Shown here piece by piece: positions 27,981 to 42,143 of a stretch of 64,000 nucleotides of DNA (positions are counted from its first letter, which is position 1; every line of letters begins with the position of its first letter). The notes below the pieces were generated by a model. The model was not told the origin of the DNA, made no database searches, and saw only the letters and a program-made list of their open reading frames with translations. Source of the DNA: Longimicrobiales bacterium (GTDB taxonomy: Bacteria > Gemmatimonadota > Gemmatimonadetes > Longimicrobiales > Gaopeijiaceae). The position numbers were made by a program, and so were the translations under genes. The stretch covers positions 2,048,001 to 2,112,000 of the forward strand of contig OZ242008.1 of the NCBI GenBank assembly GCA_965204735.1, read 5' to 3'.

Positions 27981-30900
27981 GGCTTCCCCGTGTGGGCGGG
28001 GATAGACCACTTGAATGTGATCTCGACGAGCTTGCGGTCGCGGCTTCCCCGTGTGGGCGGGGATAGACCGCTGCACGCCTCCGGGCTGCCCGAGTAGACC
28101 GGGGCTTCCCCGTGTGGGCGGGGATAGACCGTTGTCGCCGTGGCGGATCATCGCGTCACCACCGGCTTCCCCGTGTGGGCGGGGATAGACCGCCCAAGTC
28201 GTCGGGCTGGTTGGGACAGCCGTTGGCTTCCCCGTGTGGGCGGGGATAGACCCGCCCGCCGCCTGGCCAAGGCGCGCGCGCGATGGGCTTCCCCGTGTGG
28301 GCGGGGATAGACCTCCGTCGTGGGTGGGACAGGGCATCGCCCACGAGGCTTCCCCGTGTGGGCGGGGATAGACCCAGCCAGTCCTCCGCCACATCGGCAA
28401 TCGCGGTGGCTTCCCCGTGTGGGCGGGGATAGACCCATGCAAAGGCGCGGATCAATGTCTTCCCCCTGGGCTTCCCCGTGTGGGCGGGGATAGACCGCGT
28501 GGCGCGATGCGGAGAGCATCGGCATCCACGGCTTCCCCGTGTGGGCGGGGATAGACCTGATCGAGTACCCTGTGACCGCGCGCGGCACGAGGCTTCCCCG
28601 TGTGGGCGGGGATAGACCGGCGTCGGACATGGACGAGGACGGCTGGGGCCGGGCTTCCCCGTGTGGGCGGGGATAGACCCAGGCCGTCGGGCATCGCTTC
28701 AGGCCAGGCAGCGGCTTCCCCGTGTGGGCGGGGATAGACCTGGACCCCGTGGACCGGCAGGAGGCGAACATCGGGCTTCCCCGTGTGGGCGGGGATAGAC
28801 CGTAGCGCGCGCTGAACCGTGCGGCCGCGACGGCGGCTTCCCCGTGTGGGCGGGGATAGACCCCAGCGTCGCGCCAGGCTCACGGCGCGGCTCGTGGCTT
28901 CCCCGTGTGGGCGGGGATAGACCCAAGGCGCGACCGACGGCGGCGCCGATGAGTTCGGCTTCCCCGTGTGGGCGGGGATAGACCGAGGACGAGATGACTG
29001 GACGGACCGAGACCCTGGGCTTCCCCGTGTGGGCGGGGATAGACCGCGGATCGCGTCACGCAGCGACCGCCGCACCGTGGCTTCCCCGTGTGGGCGGGGA
29101 TAGACCGGGACCCCCGACGGACCCCCGACGGGTCGGCGAGGCTTCCCCGTGTGGGCGGGGATAGACCCCGTGCGCGGGCGTGCGATCCGGACGCGGCGTA
29201 GGCTTCCCCGTGTGGGCGGGGATAGACCGTCGACGGGCGTGCAGACCTCGAGCTCTGCCCCGGCTTCCCCGTGTGGGCGGGGATAGACCGCGGTGAAGGC
29301 GGCAAGCGGGCGGGCGTACATCGGCTTCCCCGTGTGGGCGGGGATAGACCGCTCGCCTACGGGCTGACGTTCAGCGCCGCCGAGGCTTCCCCGTGTGGGC
29401 GGGGATAGACCGTGCCAGCCCTTCTTGTCCACCAGCCGCGCGCGGGCTTCCCCGTGTGGGCGGGGATAGACCCTGGAGCTTCCAACTGCGCGGCTGTCTC
29501 GCGCTCGGCTTCCCCGTGTGGGCGGGGATAGACCCTCGGTCGTGTCGCGGTGCAGGTCGTTCGGGTTGGCTTCCCCGTGTGGGCGGGGATAGACCTCCGA
29601 CCGGGCCGCGCATCTACGATCCGGACACGGCTTCCCCGTGTGGGCGGGGATAGACCGCAGGCGGCCATCGACAAGTTCGGCGCCGACGTGGCTTCCCCGT
29701 GTGGGCGGGGATAGACCGAAGACCTGGCAGTGCCCGTCGGACCGGCGGATGGCTTCCCCGTGTGGGCGGGGATAGACCCCGGCCGTTGCCGAAGCGGAAG
29801 TCGCGGGCCATGGCTTCCCCGTGTGGGCGGGGATAGACCGCGAACCAGCCAGCTGGGCATGGGGCAGTCGGTGGCTTCCCCGTGTGGGCGGGGATAGACC
29901 CTTCATCCGTCGGCGCGTGATCCGCGACCGCGAGGCTTCCCCGTGTGGGCGGGGATAGACCGCTGACCAAGGCGATGGCGACGGCGATCCGGGAGGCTTC
30001 CCCGTGTGGGCGGGGATAGACCCCCGCCTGCTCGGCGCATCGCGGAGCACGGGCCGGCTTCCCCGTGTGGGCGGGGATAGACCGTCCGTAGATCGCTGCT
30101 GCTGTGGTACCGGTACGGCTTCCCCGTGTGGGCGGGGATAGACCGTCCGTAGATCGCTGCTGCTGTGGTACCGGTACGGCTTCCCCGTGTGGGCGGGGAT
30201 AGACCCGTCCCCGGCCGAGACCGGGGCACAGGAGAGCGGGCTTCCCCGTGTGGGCGGGGATAGACCGCTTCAGATGCGCGGCGGGCGGACCGGCCCGTCG
30301 GCTTCCCCGTGTGGGCGGGGATAGACCCCAACGGAGCAGGGACTGACGGACCAGCAGGAGGGCTTCCCCGTGTGGGCGGGGATAGACCGTAGGCGGGGAA
30401 CGCCTTGGCTGCGCACCGCCGGGCTTCCCCGTGTGGGCGGGGATAGACCGCCGGGGAGGCCCGGCGTCCTCGATCCCCGACCGGCTTCCCCGTGTGGGCG
30501 GGGATAGACCCAGCGCGTCGTGGGCCTCGACCTTGGCCCAGTCGGCTTCCCCGTGTGGGCGGGGATAGACCGTAGGCGCGCCGGGGTACGCCGTGGGCGC
30601 GTGCGGCTTCCCCGTGTGGGCGGGGATAGACCCATGGAAGATGCGCCCATAAAGCTTATTGCTTGGGCTTCCCCGTGTGGGCGGGGATAGACCCGATTCG
30701 GGTCATGATGACGGACGCTCGGACCAGGCTTCCCCGTGTGGGCGGGGATAGACCATAACTCGTTTTCCTCGCCGCCGCCGCGAGACCGGCTTCCCCGTGT
30801 GGGCGGGGATAGACCCTTCGTGGGCATCACGCTTCGGTCTCCGCTGACGGCTTCCCCGTGTGGGCGGGGATAGACCCCACATCGTCATATGGGGGCCGGC

Positions 30901-31593
30901 TCCTGACGCGGCTTCCCCGTGTGGGCGGGGATAGACCTGCAGTGGGCGGCACGGGCGCGCTGAGCTACGAGGCTTCCCCGTGTGGGCGGGGATAGACACC
31001 ACGTCCCCGGCGGCAGCCTCGATGCGCACGAGGCTTCCCCGTGTGGGCGGGGATAGACCCGAGACGAACCACGCGGGCCACAGACCCCACTCGGCTTCCC
31101 CGTGTGGGCGGGGATAGACCCGGCCCGACGTGGGCGCGACGGTCGAGGTGGACGGCTTCCCCGTGTGGGCGGGGATAGACCCGCGATTCGCCTTCTACCT
31201 GGCGGCCGGCGGTCGGCTTCCCCGTGTGGGCGGGGATAGACCCTTGGCGTCCGTCGCCCGCTCGCCCCGCTTGGCGGCTTCCCCGTGTGGGCGGGGATAG
31301 ACCCTGGTCATCCCAGAGGTCGAGCCCCCGGCAAGAGGCTTCCCCGTGTGGGCGGGGATTGTTACCGGCCACTGAAAATTGCACACTTCTGGCCGTCGAA
31401 AATTGCACACTTCCGGCTCCTGACGAAGCGGTGGCGCGAGCCCCTTGGGCTGCCGTCCTCTTCGACCAGATGCGGGCGGTCGTCGTGAGCCATGGGCGAG
31501 CGACCCGGCTTCCGTGTGGGCGGGGATAGACCCGAGGGCATGCTGGACACCGAGGCTGCGGCCCGGGCTTCCCCGTGTGGGCGGGGATAGACC
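27981..31593 (+). CRISPR. Type I-E CRISPR array, repeat GGCTTCCCCGTGTGGGCGGGGATAGACC (28 nt), 58 repeats by manual count, mostly 33-nt spacers
   Basis: 61-bp periodicity; repeat 56 truncated by an insertion at 31360; repeat 57 lacks two C. Confidence 0.98.
31360..31506 (+). mobile_element. IS21-family remnant (terminal sequence plus istA fragment) inside CRISPR repeat 56
   Basis: Starts TGTTACCGGCCACTG; motif GAAAATTGCACACTTC twice (31374, 31398); encodes LFDQMRAVV, resembling the IstA catalytic-Asp motif. Confidence 0.7.
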
Positions 31594-31715
31594 GTTGGCC
31601 GACGCCGCCGTGACGGCCGGGGTCGTCCGCCTCATGGGGGAGGAAGGGACCGAAGGCAGCGAGCCGGCACCGCAGGGCGATCACCACGGTGCGGGACGCC
31701 GACGCCCCCCCCCCC

Positions 31716-31826
31716 CCTAGCAGGAGACCATCTGCGGGCCGAACCCTCCGACTCAAGTCGATGCCCACCCAGCGCCGCCCAAGCTCCTGCCTAGCAGGAG
31801 ACCATCTGCGGGCCGAACCCTCCGAC
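31716..31826. repeat. Two perfect 37-bp direct repeats separated by a 37-bp unique sequence
   Basis: CCTAGCAGGAGACCATCTGCGGGCCGAACCCTCCGAC at 31716-31752 and 31790-31826. Confidence 0.9.
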
Positions 31827-31919
31827 ACCACCACTGGAGCGATGTCACCGGAGAGGGTTATAGTAGTAGCAGGCACTCTAGCTTCCTCGCCCCTCACCCC
31901 GGCACTTCAGACGGCGGCA

Positions 31920-34437
31920 ATGGACACCCGGCAAGTCTATCGATACGCGTTCGGCCCCAGCCGTTGTGCCTATCAGTGGCAGGTTGCACTTGCGTCCAAC
32001 GACTGGCCGCGGGTCCTGATCGCCCCGACTGGATCGGGCAAGACCGCCGCCGTGACGCTCGGGTGGGCGGCACACCGCTTGAATCGGCCCGCCGAAACAC
32101 CGCGACGGCTCATCTGGTGCCTTCCGATGCGCACGCTGGTCGAACAAACGGCCGAGAAGGTCAGGGACTGGTTCGACAAGCTGGCCGAAATTGACGAGGC
32201 GAGGCAGCTGCCGAGGCCCGCGGAGGTCCATGTGCTCATGGGCGGGACCACCTCCGCCGACTGGCTGGAGGCACCAGAACGGCCCGCCGTGGTCGTGGGC
32301 ACCCAGGACATGTTGCTGAGCCGTGCGCTGATGCGCGGTTATGCGTCGTCCAGGGCGCTTTGGCCGATGGAGTTCGCACTGCTCCACGAGGATGCCCAGT
32401 GGGTTTTCGACGAAGTCCAGCTGATGGGGGCCGGCCGGGCGACTTCCGCCCAGCTTGAGGCCTTCCGCAGAAGCGAAACGGCTCGGGGGGAGAAGCCTAG
32501 CATCGGTCGCGGCCGGCCTTCCCGCAGCCTCTGGCTCTCTGCGACGCTTGATCCCAGTTGGCTGGCCACCGTCGATCATCCCGCGCCGCCGGCAACGTCG
32601 GTGTGCACGGTTGACCCAAGAACTACCCGAGACGACAGGCTCGCACGGCTGGCGCGCGCCACCAAGAGGCTGCACCGCTCACCAGTGGCACCTGCGTCCT
32701 CGAAGAAGACCAATATCGACAACTACGTTCGTGAACTCGCCGATGCGGTTCTCCGGGGACGTCGGTTGGGGTCAATGACACTGGCCATCGTCAACCGAGT
32801 GGACCGGGCCCAGGAGCTCTATCGGGCACTTGACACGCAGACCGCGAAGCTGGGACAGTTGGCACCGACGCTGGTCCTAATTCATTCGCGGTTTCGCCCG
32901 GCAGACCGCCAGCGCGAGATGGATAAGATCAAAACGGACACGAACGAAGCTGGGCAGATCGTCGTTGCCACGCAGGCGGTGGAGGCCGGAGTCGACATCT
33001 CTGCCGCCGCATTGTTCACCGAAATCGCGCCGTGGTCTTCAATGATTCAGCGTTTTGGTCGCACCAACCGCTATGCGGAGGTGCCTGACGGAGCGGACGT
33101 TCATTGGATTGACCTGCTTGGTGCCGTGGACGACGGCGTAGCGTCGGACAAGGAAGCTGAGAAGTTGGCGTTGCCCTACTCCGTCGACGAGCTTCGATTG
33201 GGGCGCGAGCACCTTGCCAAGTTGACGGATGTGGCTTCCGTACATCTCGTCGCGCCGGACAGTCCCGAGCCACCGCGCCGAGTCATTCGACGCAAAGACC
33301 TTGACGATCTCTTCGACACCGATCCGGACCTGACGGGCTTCGACGTCGACATCTCGCCCTACGTACGCGACGCGGACGACACCGACATTCGCGTGTTTTG
33401 GCGCGATCTCCCCGTCGAAGGAACCGAACCGCCACGTCCAACGAGGGAAGAGATATGCGCCGTGTCTATACGGTCTGCCGCGACGTGGCTCCAGAAGGTT
33501 CACAAGCATGCCAACGGCCGGGTCTTCCGACGGGACCCGCAGGCGACGCAAGGACGAGGATCGGAAACCACCCCACCAGGATGGATGGTGTTTCGCGAGA
33601 AGCCTTGGCCGGGGCTGGTGCTGCTTGCAGATCGGAGTGCTGGCGGCTACTCGGCAATGACTGGCTTCACGGGCAATCCGAAGGACGTCCCGAATCCGGT
33701 CGTGGAGCCGGCCGACTCCTCTTCCCCAGCTCCTACCGAGACGGAGGGGCATGACGAGGACCAACTGAGCCAGATCAACGCGGTGGTTTCCCTCGCCGAC
33801 CATCTCGGGCACGTTGTGCAAGAAGCGGAAGGGCTTTGCGATGCGCTCGACGTCGACCATGGCTTGCGGGCCATGGTCAACCGCGCCGCCCGCTGGCACG
33901 ACCTCGGTAAGGCCCACGAGGTCTTCCAGGACACCATGCGTCGCGGTCTTGGCGACCGTGACGTTCCTGAAGCACTGCTCGCCAAGACCGTCGGACACGC
34001 CCGCCACAGCCGCCCGTACTTTCGCCACGAACTCGCTTCTGCCCTGGCGTTCCTTGGCCACGAGAGATGGTCGAGGGACGCCGACCTAATCGCCTACTTG
34101 ATCGCTGCCCACCACGGCAAGGTACGGATGAACCTCCGGGCACTGCCCCTCGAACGGGCACCAGACGGCGACCGTGCCGGAGCACGCTTCGCCAGAGGCA
34201 TCTGGGCGGATGACGAACTGCCTCAGTTTGACTTGGACGACAACGAGCGCTGGCCAGGAGGGCCGCTCCACTTGTCGATCATGGAAATCGGCTGGAACGA
34301 AATCACGCGCGAGAGCTGGACGGAGCGCACCCACGAACTGCTGTCCCGAATCGGGCCCTTCCGCTTAGCTTGGATGGAGACCCTCCTGCGGGTCGCCGAC
34401 TGGCGCGCATCCAAGAAGGAACGAGAAGGGGGCTACG

Positions 34438-34448
<11 letters not shown>
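31920..34448 (+). CDS. cas3: Type I-G (I-U) Cas3, helicase with C-terminal HD domain (module 1)
   Basis: APTGSGKT, DEVQ, LSAT, QRFGR, C-terminal LADHL, WHDLGK, RHELAS, AHHG. Confidence 0.93.
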
Positions 34449-37732
<3,284 letters not shown>

Positions 37733-37736
37733 GCAC

Positions 37737-39413
37737 GTGTTCGCCCTATCTTTTCGCTTTCCCGCGGGCCGCTACCACGCGACGCCATGGGGACGCAACG
37801 TCAACGAAGCCGACGTAGCTTGGCCGCCGGAGCCATGGCGGGTGCTGCGCGCCCTCATCGCGACCTACTGGCGGAAGGGCGACCACTCGCGCTGGTCTGA
37901 AGGGGACCTCGCAGGCCTGATCGATGCCCTGGCGACGTCGTTGCCGGAGTACAGCCTGCCAGAGGGCGCAATCCACGCCCATACGCGCCACTACATGCCG
38001 ATCAGCGGGTTGGCCAAGGACGGCCGCGCGAGGACGACGCTTGTCTTCGACGCCTTCCTTCGGTTGCCTGTGGACGCGACCCTGGTCGCTTGCTGGCCGG
38101 ACGTGACGCTCGATCCCACCTCCTTCGAGCTCGCCCAAGATCTCGCGTGCGCCATGGGATACCTTGGCCGCGCGGAGAGCTGGACGGAGTGCGAGGCGCT
38201 GGCGGAGTGGCACGGCAACCGGAACTGCTGTCCAGCGTCCACGGCCTTCGACGGCGACCCCGTGCGACTGATCGCCCCGCTCAGCCCAGGTGCGTATTCG
38301 GTGGAACGGCAACGGATCATCGACGAGAGGACGCGGGCAGTTCAGGAGAAGGCCAACCGACCGCTGACGGCGCGACGGGCTACCGCGCTGCTCGCGAAGG
38401 AATTCACCAGCAAAGGTCGTAAGGCGCACACGCTACCTGTGCGTCTCGTCGACGCGCTCACCCTGGACACGGCCGACTATCAGGACCGTGGATGGAGCCA
38501 GCCCCCGGCCGCCCAGGAGGTCATTTACGCTCGTGCCCCGACAGCCGCTCCAGGTGTTGTGCCTCGACGGTTTGCCAAACGCCAATCGTCTCTGAGGGGA
38601 CAGAAGTTGCCTACCGTAGCACGATTTCTCTTGGCAGGACGACCGCTCCCGCGCATCGAGGACGCCGTGAAGATCGGCGAACTGATGCGTCTCGCCGCAC
38701 TCGCGCAGTTCGGCTGGGAAGCGGACGAGACCGCCGGAGGCCGGAGACGGCCCAGGGCGCCCTCGGAGATATCTGGCCGAGGGGCCGACGGGAAACCCCT
38801 CAAGGATCCATCGCACTCGCACGCGTTTTGGCTGCCGGAAGATGCTGACGGGGACGGCTTGATCGATCACGTGTCGGTGTACGTCGCTTCTGGAATCACC
38901 GACGACGTTCGGGCGAAGCTCGACCGCATCACGCGCCTGTGGCTGACATCGAAGCCAGCCGAAGGTGCCGAGGCCGACCCGCGGGCGCGCAAGGAATGGC
39001 GGCTCGCGCTCGAAGGCTTCGGCCAGCCGGCCGACTTCGCCGGTGGCGCACGCATCTTCGGGAGATCTCGTCGCTGGGTCAGCAGCACGCCCTTCCTGGC
39101 CAGCGGTCACCTGAAGGGCGCCGGGTATCTCGGCGAGGTCCGCCGATTGTTGGCACGTCGCGGCTACGAATCGACCGGAGTCGAAGTGGCACCAATCAAG
39201 AAGATCGTAGTCGGTGGGACCGAGCGACGTGCGATCCACTTCCACCGCTTTCGTTCCCGTGGCCGGGAAGTGCAGCCCGACGCCGCCGGCACCCTGCTCA
39301 AGATTCGCTTTCCAGAACCAATCGAGGGTCCGCTGGCCATCGGCTACGGCAGCCACTTTGGCCTCGGCCTTTTCACGGCAGCATCAGCTTGCGGCGAACA
39401 GCCTGAATGCTAA
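37737..39413 (+). CDS. csb2: Type I-G Csb2 (Cas5-Cas6 fusion), module 1
   Basis: [29 protein letters not shown]-terminal [11 protein letters not shown]. Confidence 0.93.
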   Translation: MFALSFRFPAGRYHATPWGRNVNEADVAWPPEPWRVLRALIATYWRKGDHSRWSEGDLAGLIDALATSLPEYSLPEGAIHAHTRHYMPISGLAKDGRARTTLVFDAFLRLPVDATLVACWPDVTLDPTSFELAQDLACAMGYLGRAESWTECEALAEWHGNRNCCPASTAFDGDPVRLIAPLSPGAYSVERQRIIDERTRAVQEKANRPLTARRATALLAKEFTSKGRKAHTLPVRLVDALTLDTADYQDRGWSQPPAAQEVIYARAPTAAPGVVPRRFAKRQSSLRGQKLPTVARFLLAGRPLPRIEDAVKIGELMRLAALAQFGWEADETAGGRRRPRAPSEISGRGADGKPLKDPSHSHAFWLPEDADGDGLIDHVSVYVASGITDDVRAKLDRITRLWLTSKPAEGAEADPRARKEWRLALEGFGQPADFAGGARIFGRSRRWVSSTPFLASGHLKGAGYLGEVRRLLARRGYESTGVEVAPIKKIVVGGTERRAIHFHRFRSRGREVQPDAAGTLLKIRFPEPIEGPLAIGYGSHFGLGLFTAASACGEQPEC

Positions 39414-39550
39414 CGAGCTGCGGCGCATGACGCTGGACGCGATCGCGCGGCTTCGGCTGGCCGCGTCGGCTCGCCGGCGTCCCCCGCCCCTGGAGAACAG
39501 CCGGAAGTGTCCGCGGTGCTCGCTGGCGGGGATCTGCCTGCCGGACGAGA
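39413..39550 (+). pseudogene. Internal fragment of cas4(-cas1)
   Basis: 135/138 nt identical to 49414-49551; encodes [15 protein letters not shown]. Confidence 0.9.
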
Positions 39551-39606
39551 GTAGGGGGCCCCCCACTTCCTTGCGCCGCCCCGTCGCGTGAGCGAAGTTT
39601 GACGCC

Positions 39607-40142
39607 ATGCGCTTCTTCAACACGACGGGACCCGCCAAGCTGGCGTGCCCCTACCACATACCGTCGCTGGACCGCATGAACCTTGCGGAGTTCCGGCGGC
39701 TAGTGGACGAGGAGCGGTACTTCGTGCTCCACACGCTCCGTCAGACGGGCAAGACGTCGGTGCTGTGGGCCCAGACATGTGGCCAGCCGTCGCTGGTCAA
39801 CGCGCTTGCTTGTTACGAGGCTTGCTTCGAGGGGAAGGTACGATGGATCGCAGGCGGCGGATCGAGGAGGCCGACGTGATGACCGTCAGCGAGGCCCTGT
39901 CCCTGCGCCGCGACCCCCATCTGGACCAACTGGCGGACAATCTTCAGGAAGAGCGGGTGCGGCAGGTGGTCGAGCCGTTGCTGGCGGGCGCTCATGCGCT
40001 GGGACTGTCGGAACACGACTTGGAGCACGTACGACACTTGGGGCTGGTCGCCCGCGACAGGCGGCTTCGGATCGCCAACTCGACCTACGCCGAAGCGGCA
40101 CCTTGGGAGCTGAGTTCGGTGACGGGTGGGTGCCGCCCATGA
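39607..40142 (+). pseudogene. Degraded AAA/P-loop ATPase gene (internal deletion and frameshift)
   Basis: MRFFNTTGP...YFVLHTLRQTGKTS joined directly to downstream segments GQPSLVNAL and HLDQLADNLQEERVRQVVEPLL in another frame. Confidence 0.75.
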
Positions 40143-41284
40143 CCCGCGCCGACGTTGATCCGAAGCTGTTGACATGGGCGCGCGAGCGGGCTGGAATCAG
40201 CCAGACCGACCTGCTCCGCAAATTCCCGAAGCTCATCGAATGGGAGCACGGCGAGCTGTCCCCCACCTTCAAGCAACTGGAGGACTTCGCCAGAGCCACG
40301 TTCGTACCCTTCGGATATCTCTTTCTGGCTGATCCGCCCGAGGAGAAGATCCCGATCCCGCACTACCGTAGCGAACGCGACGCCGCGCCTCGCAACCCTA
40401 GCCCCGACCTGCTGGACACGATCTACATGCTGGAGAGACGCCAGATGTGGATGCGACGCCACTTGATCGAACAAGGCTGCGCTCGGTTGCCGTACGTTGC
40501 CTCGGCCACAGTTCACGATTCTGTCGAGGTAGTGGTCGACAACATGCGCGACGTCCTCGACATCGACTCGAACTGGGCCGAAGGACAGCATACCTGGCAA
40601 GAAGCGTTGGCTCGCCTGCGAAATCGCATGGAACGCGCTGGCGTCTTCGTCGTTTCCAACGGCGTCGTGGGCAACAATACCCGTCGTAAGCTCGACGTAT
40701 CGGAGTTTCGCGGATTCGTGCTCGCCGACGAGTATGCGCCGTTCGTATTCGTAAACGGCGCCGACGCCCAGGCAGCCCAGATGTTCACGCTCGCTCACGA
40801 GCTGGCGCACGTCTTCTTCGGAAGCAGCGCAGCCTTTGACCTCCGCCAACTCCAGCCGGCCGCAGACGCCACCGAGAGGGCCTGCAATCGCGTGGCCGCG
40901 GAGTTCCTTGTGCCGTCGCAGGCATTGCGACAGCAATGGGAGCGGGCGAAGCGCACAGACCATCCGTTCGAATTCCTAGGACACCGCTTCAAGGTCAGCG
41001 TAGTCGTCGCCGCCCGTCGCGCGCTGGACTCCGGCCTCATCGACAAACCGGCCTTCCGCACGTTCTACGCGGATTGGCAGAATAGAGAACACCAGACTAC
41101 CTCGGCCGGCGGCGGCAACTTTTACGGCACGCAGAACATGCGTGTCGGCATCACCTTTGCCGGTGCGGTCATCGCCGCCGCCAGGAGCGGCAAGTTGCCG
41201 TACTTGGAGGCATACGAACTCACTGGTCTGTACGGAAAGACCTTTGAGAAATTTGCTCACCAGTTGGGTATTGACGAGGCGTAA
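40139..41284 (+). CDS. XRE-HTH + ImmA/IrrE (COG2856) metallopeptidase
   Basis: LLTWARERAG...WEHGELSPTFKQL HTH; FTLAHELAH HExxH motif; ERACNRVAAEFL. Confidence 0.92.
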   Translation: MTRADVDPKLLTWARERAGISQTDLLRKFPKLIEWEHGELSPTFKQLEDFARATFVPFGYLFLADPPEEKIPIPHYRSERDAAPRNPSPDLLDTIYMLERRQMWMRRHLIEQGCARLPYVASATVHDSVEVVVDNMRDVLDIDSNWAEGQHTWQEALARLRNRMERAGVFVVSNGVVGNNTRRKLDVSEFRGFVLADEYAPFVFVNGADAQAAQMFTLAHELAHVFFGSSAAFDLRQLQPAADATERACNRVAAEFLVPSQALRQQWERAKRTDHPFEFLGHRFKVSVVVAARRALDSGLIDKPAFRTFYADWQNREHQTTSAGGGNFYGTQNMRVGITFAGAVIAAARSGKLPYLEAYELTGLYGKTFEKFAHQLGIDEA

Positions 41285-41794
41285 ATGTACAACGGTCCAG
41301 CATTTGTTGTGGACGCCAACGTCTTCATCGACCTTGCTCGGTACTACCCCGATGACATTGCGCCAACATTTTGGTCCCAGCTAGTCGAGTGCGCGAAGTC
41401 CAAGCAATGGCTGAGCATAGATCGTGTTCAAGCGGAGATCGCCAAGAAGGAAGACTGGATATCGGAGTGGACGGACAATCACGCAAGATTCTTTATGTCG
41501 ACGGAGAGGAACGACGTGGCCAAGGAATATCGCCGGATCCAGGTATGGGCCTCGCGTCAGGAGTATCGGCAAACGGCACTGGACAGGCTAGGTCGCGGGG
41601 CCGACGGGTGGCTTGTCGCATATGCAATCGTTGAAGACCTTCGCGTTGTGACGAACGAAGTATCGCAACCGAAAAGTCACACAAATGTCAAGATTCCGGA
41701 CATTTGCAAGGCGAAGGACTTTCGCGTCGATTGCGTGAACATGTTCGACATGATGAGGGCTCTCGGGATCCGACTCGGCTCGGCAGCCGGATAG
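41285..41794 (+). CDS. DUF4411 family PIN-domain protein
   Basis: VVDANVFI, YYPDDIAPTFW, ADGWLVAYA, VVTNE, KIPDIC; abuts the ImmA gene. Confidence 0.88.
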   Translation: MYNGPAFVVDANVFIDLARYYPDDIAPTFWSQLVECAKSKQWLSIDRVQAEIAKKEDWISEWTDNHARFFMSTERNDVAKEYRRIQVWASRQEYRQTALDRLGRGADGWLVAYAIVEDLRVVTNEVSQPKSHTNVKIPDICKAKDFRVDCVNMFDMMRALGIRLGSAAG

Positions 41795-41860
41795 AGGCGG
41801 GAATATCGCCTGCGCTCGACGGTGACTGGACGGGGCGCGGGGCGGGGCGCAACGGGCTAG

Positions 41861-42018
41861 CCGCCGTCGACCTTGTCACGGCGGGCCACGAGCTGGAGTT
41901 CTTCGGCACGGACCTCCACCGTCCAGGGACTGTGGTTCCTGACCGCCGTCCACCTCCACGGGCACCTGGCAACGGGACCACGTACGCCCGGGTGAGCGAG
42001 GTGGTTCCGCCGTGTAGT
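41861..42018 (+). pseudogene. Degenerate duplicate of the 3' end of the DinB-family gene (17497-17654)
   Basis: Colinear match (e.g. GGCGGGCCACGAGCTGGAGTTCTTCGGC) with substitutions and single-base indels. Confidence 0.9.
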
Positions 42019-42143
42019 AGCCGGACGGAGTGGGCGGTACGGGGGCCAGCCCCGTCGGGGAACTCATGGCGAGATGTCACCATCTCGGTTATCTTGGTGG
42101 GAAGATTCTTGCCCCATTCCCTCCCTGACGAGGACGGCAACCG

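Noticed and set aside
31627..31652. Possible degenerate terminal I-E repeat after repeat 58
   Set aside because: Only the GACC end and a G-rich stretch resemble the repeat; too divergent to call
27720..31897. Long ORFs on both strands across the I-E array
   Set aside because: Translations of the repeat (YPRPHGEA, SIPAHTGKP); not genes
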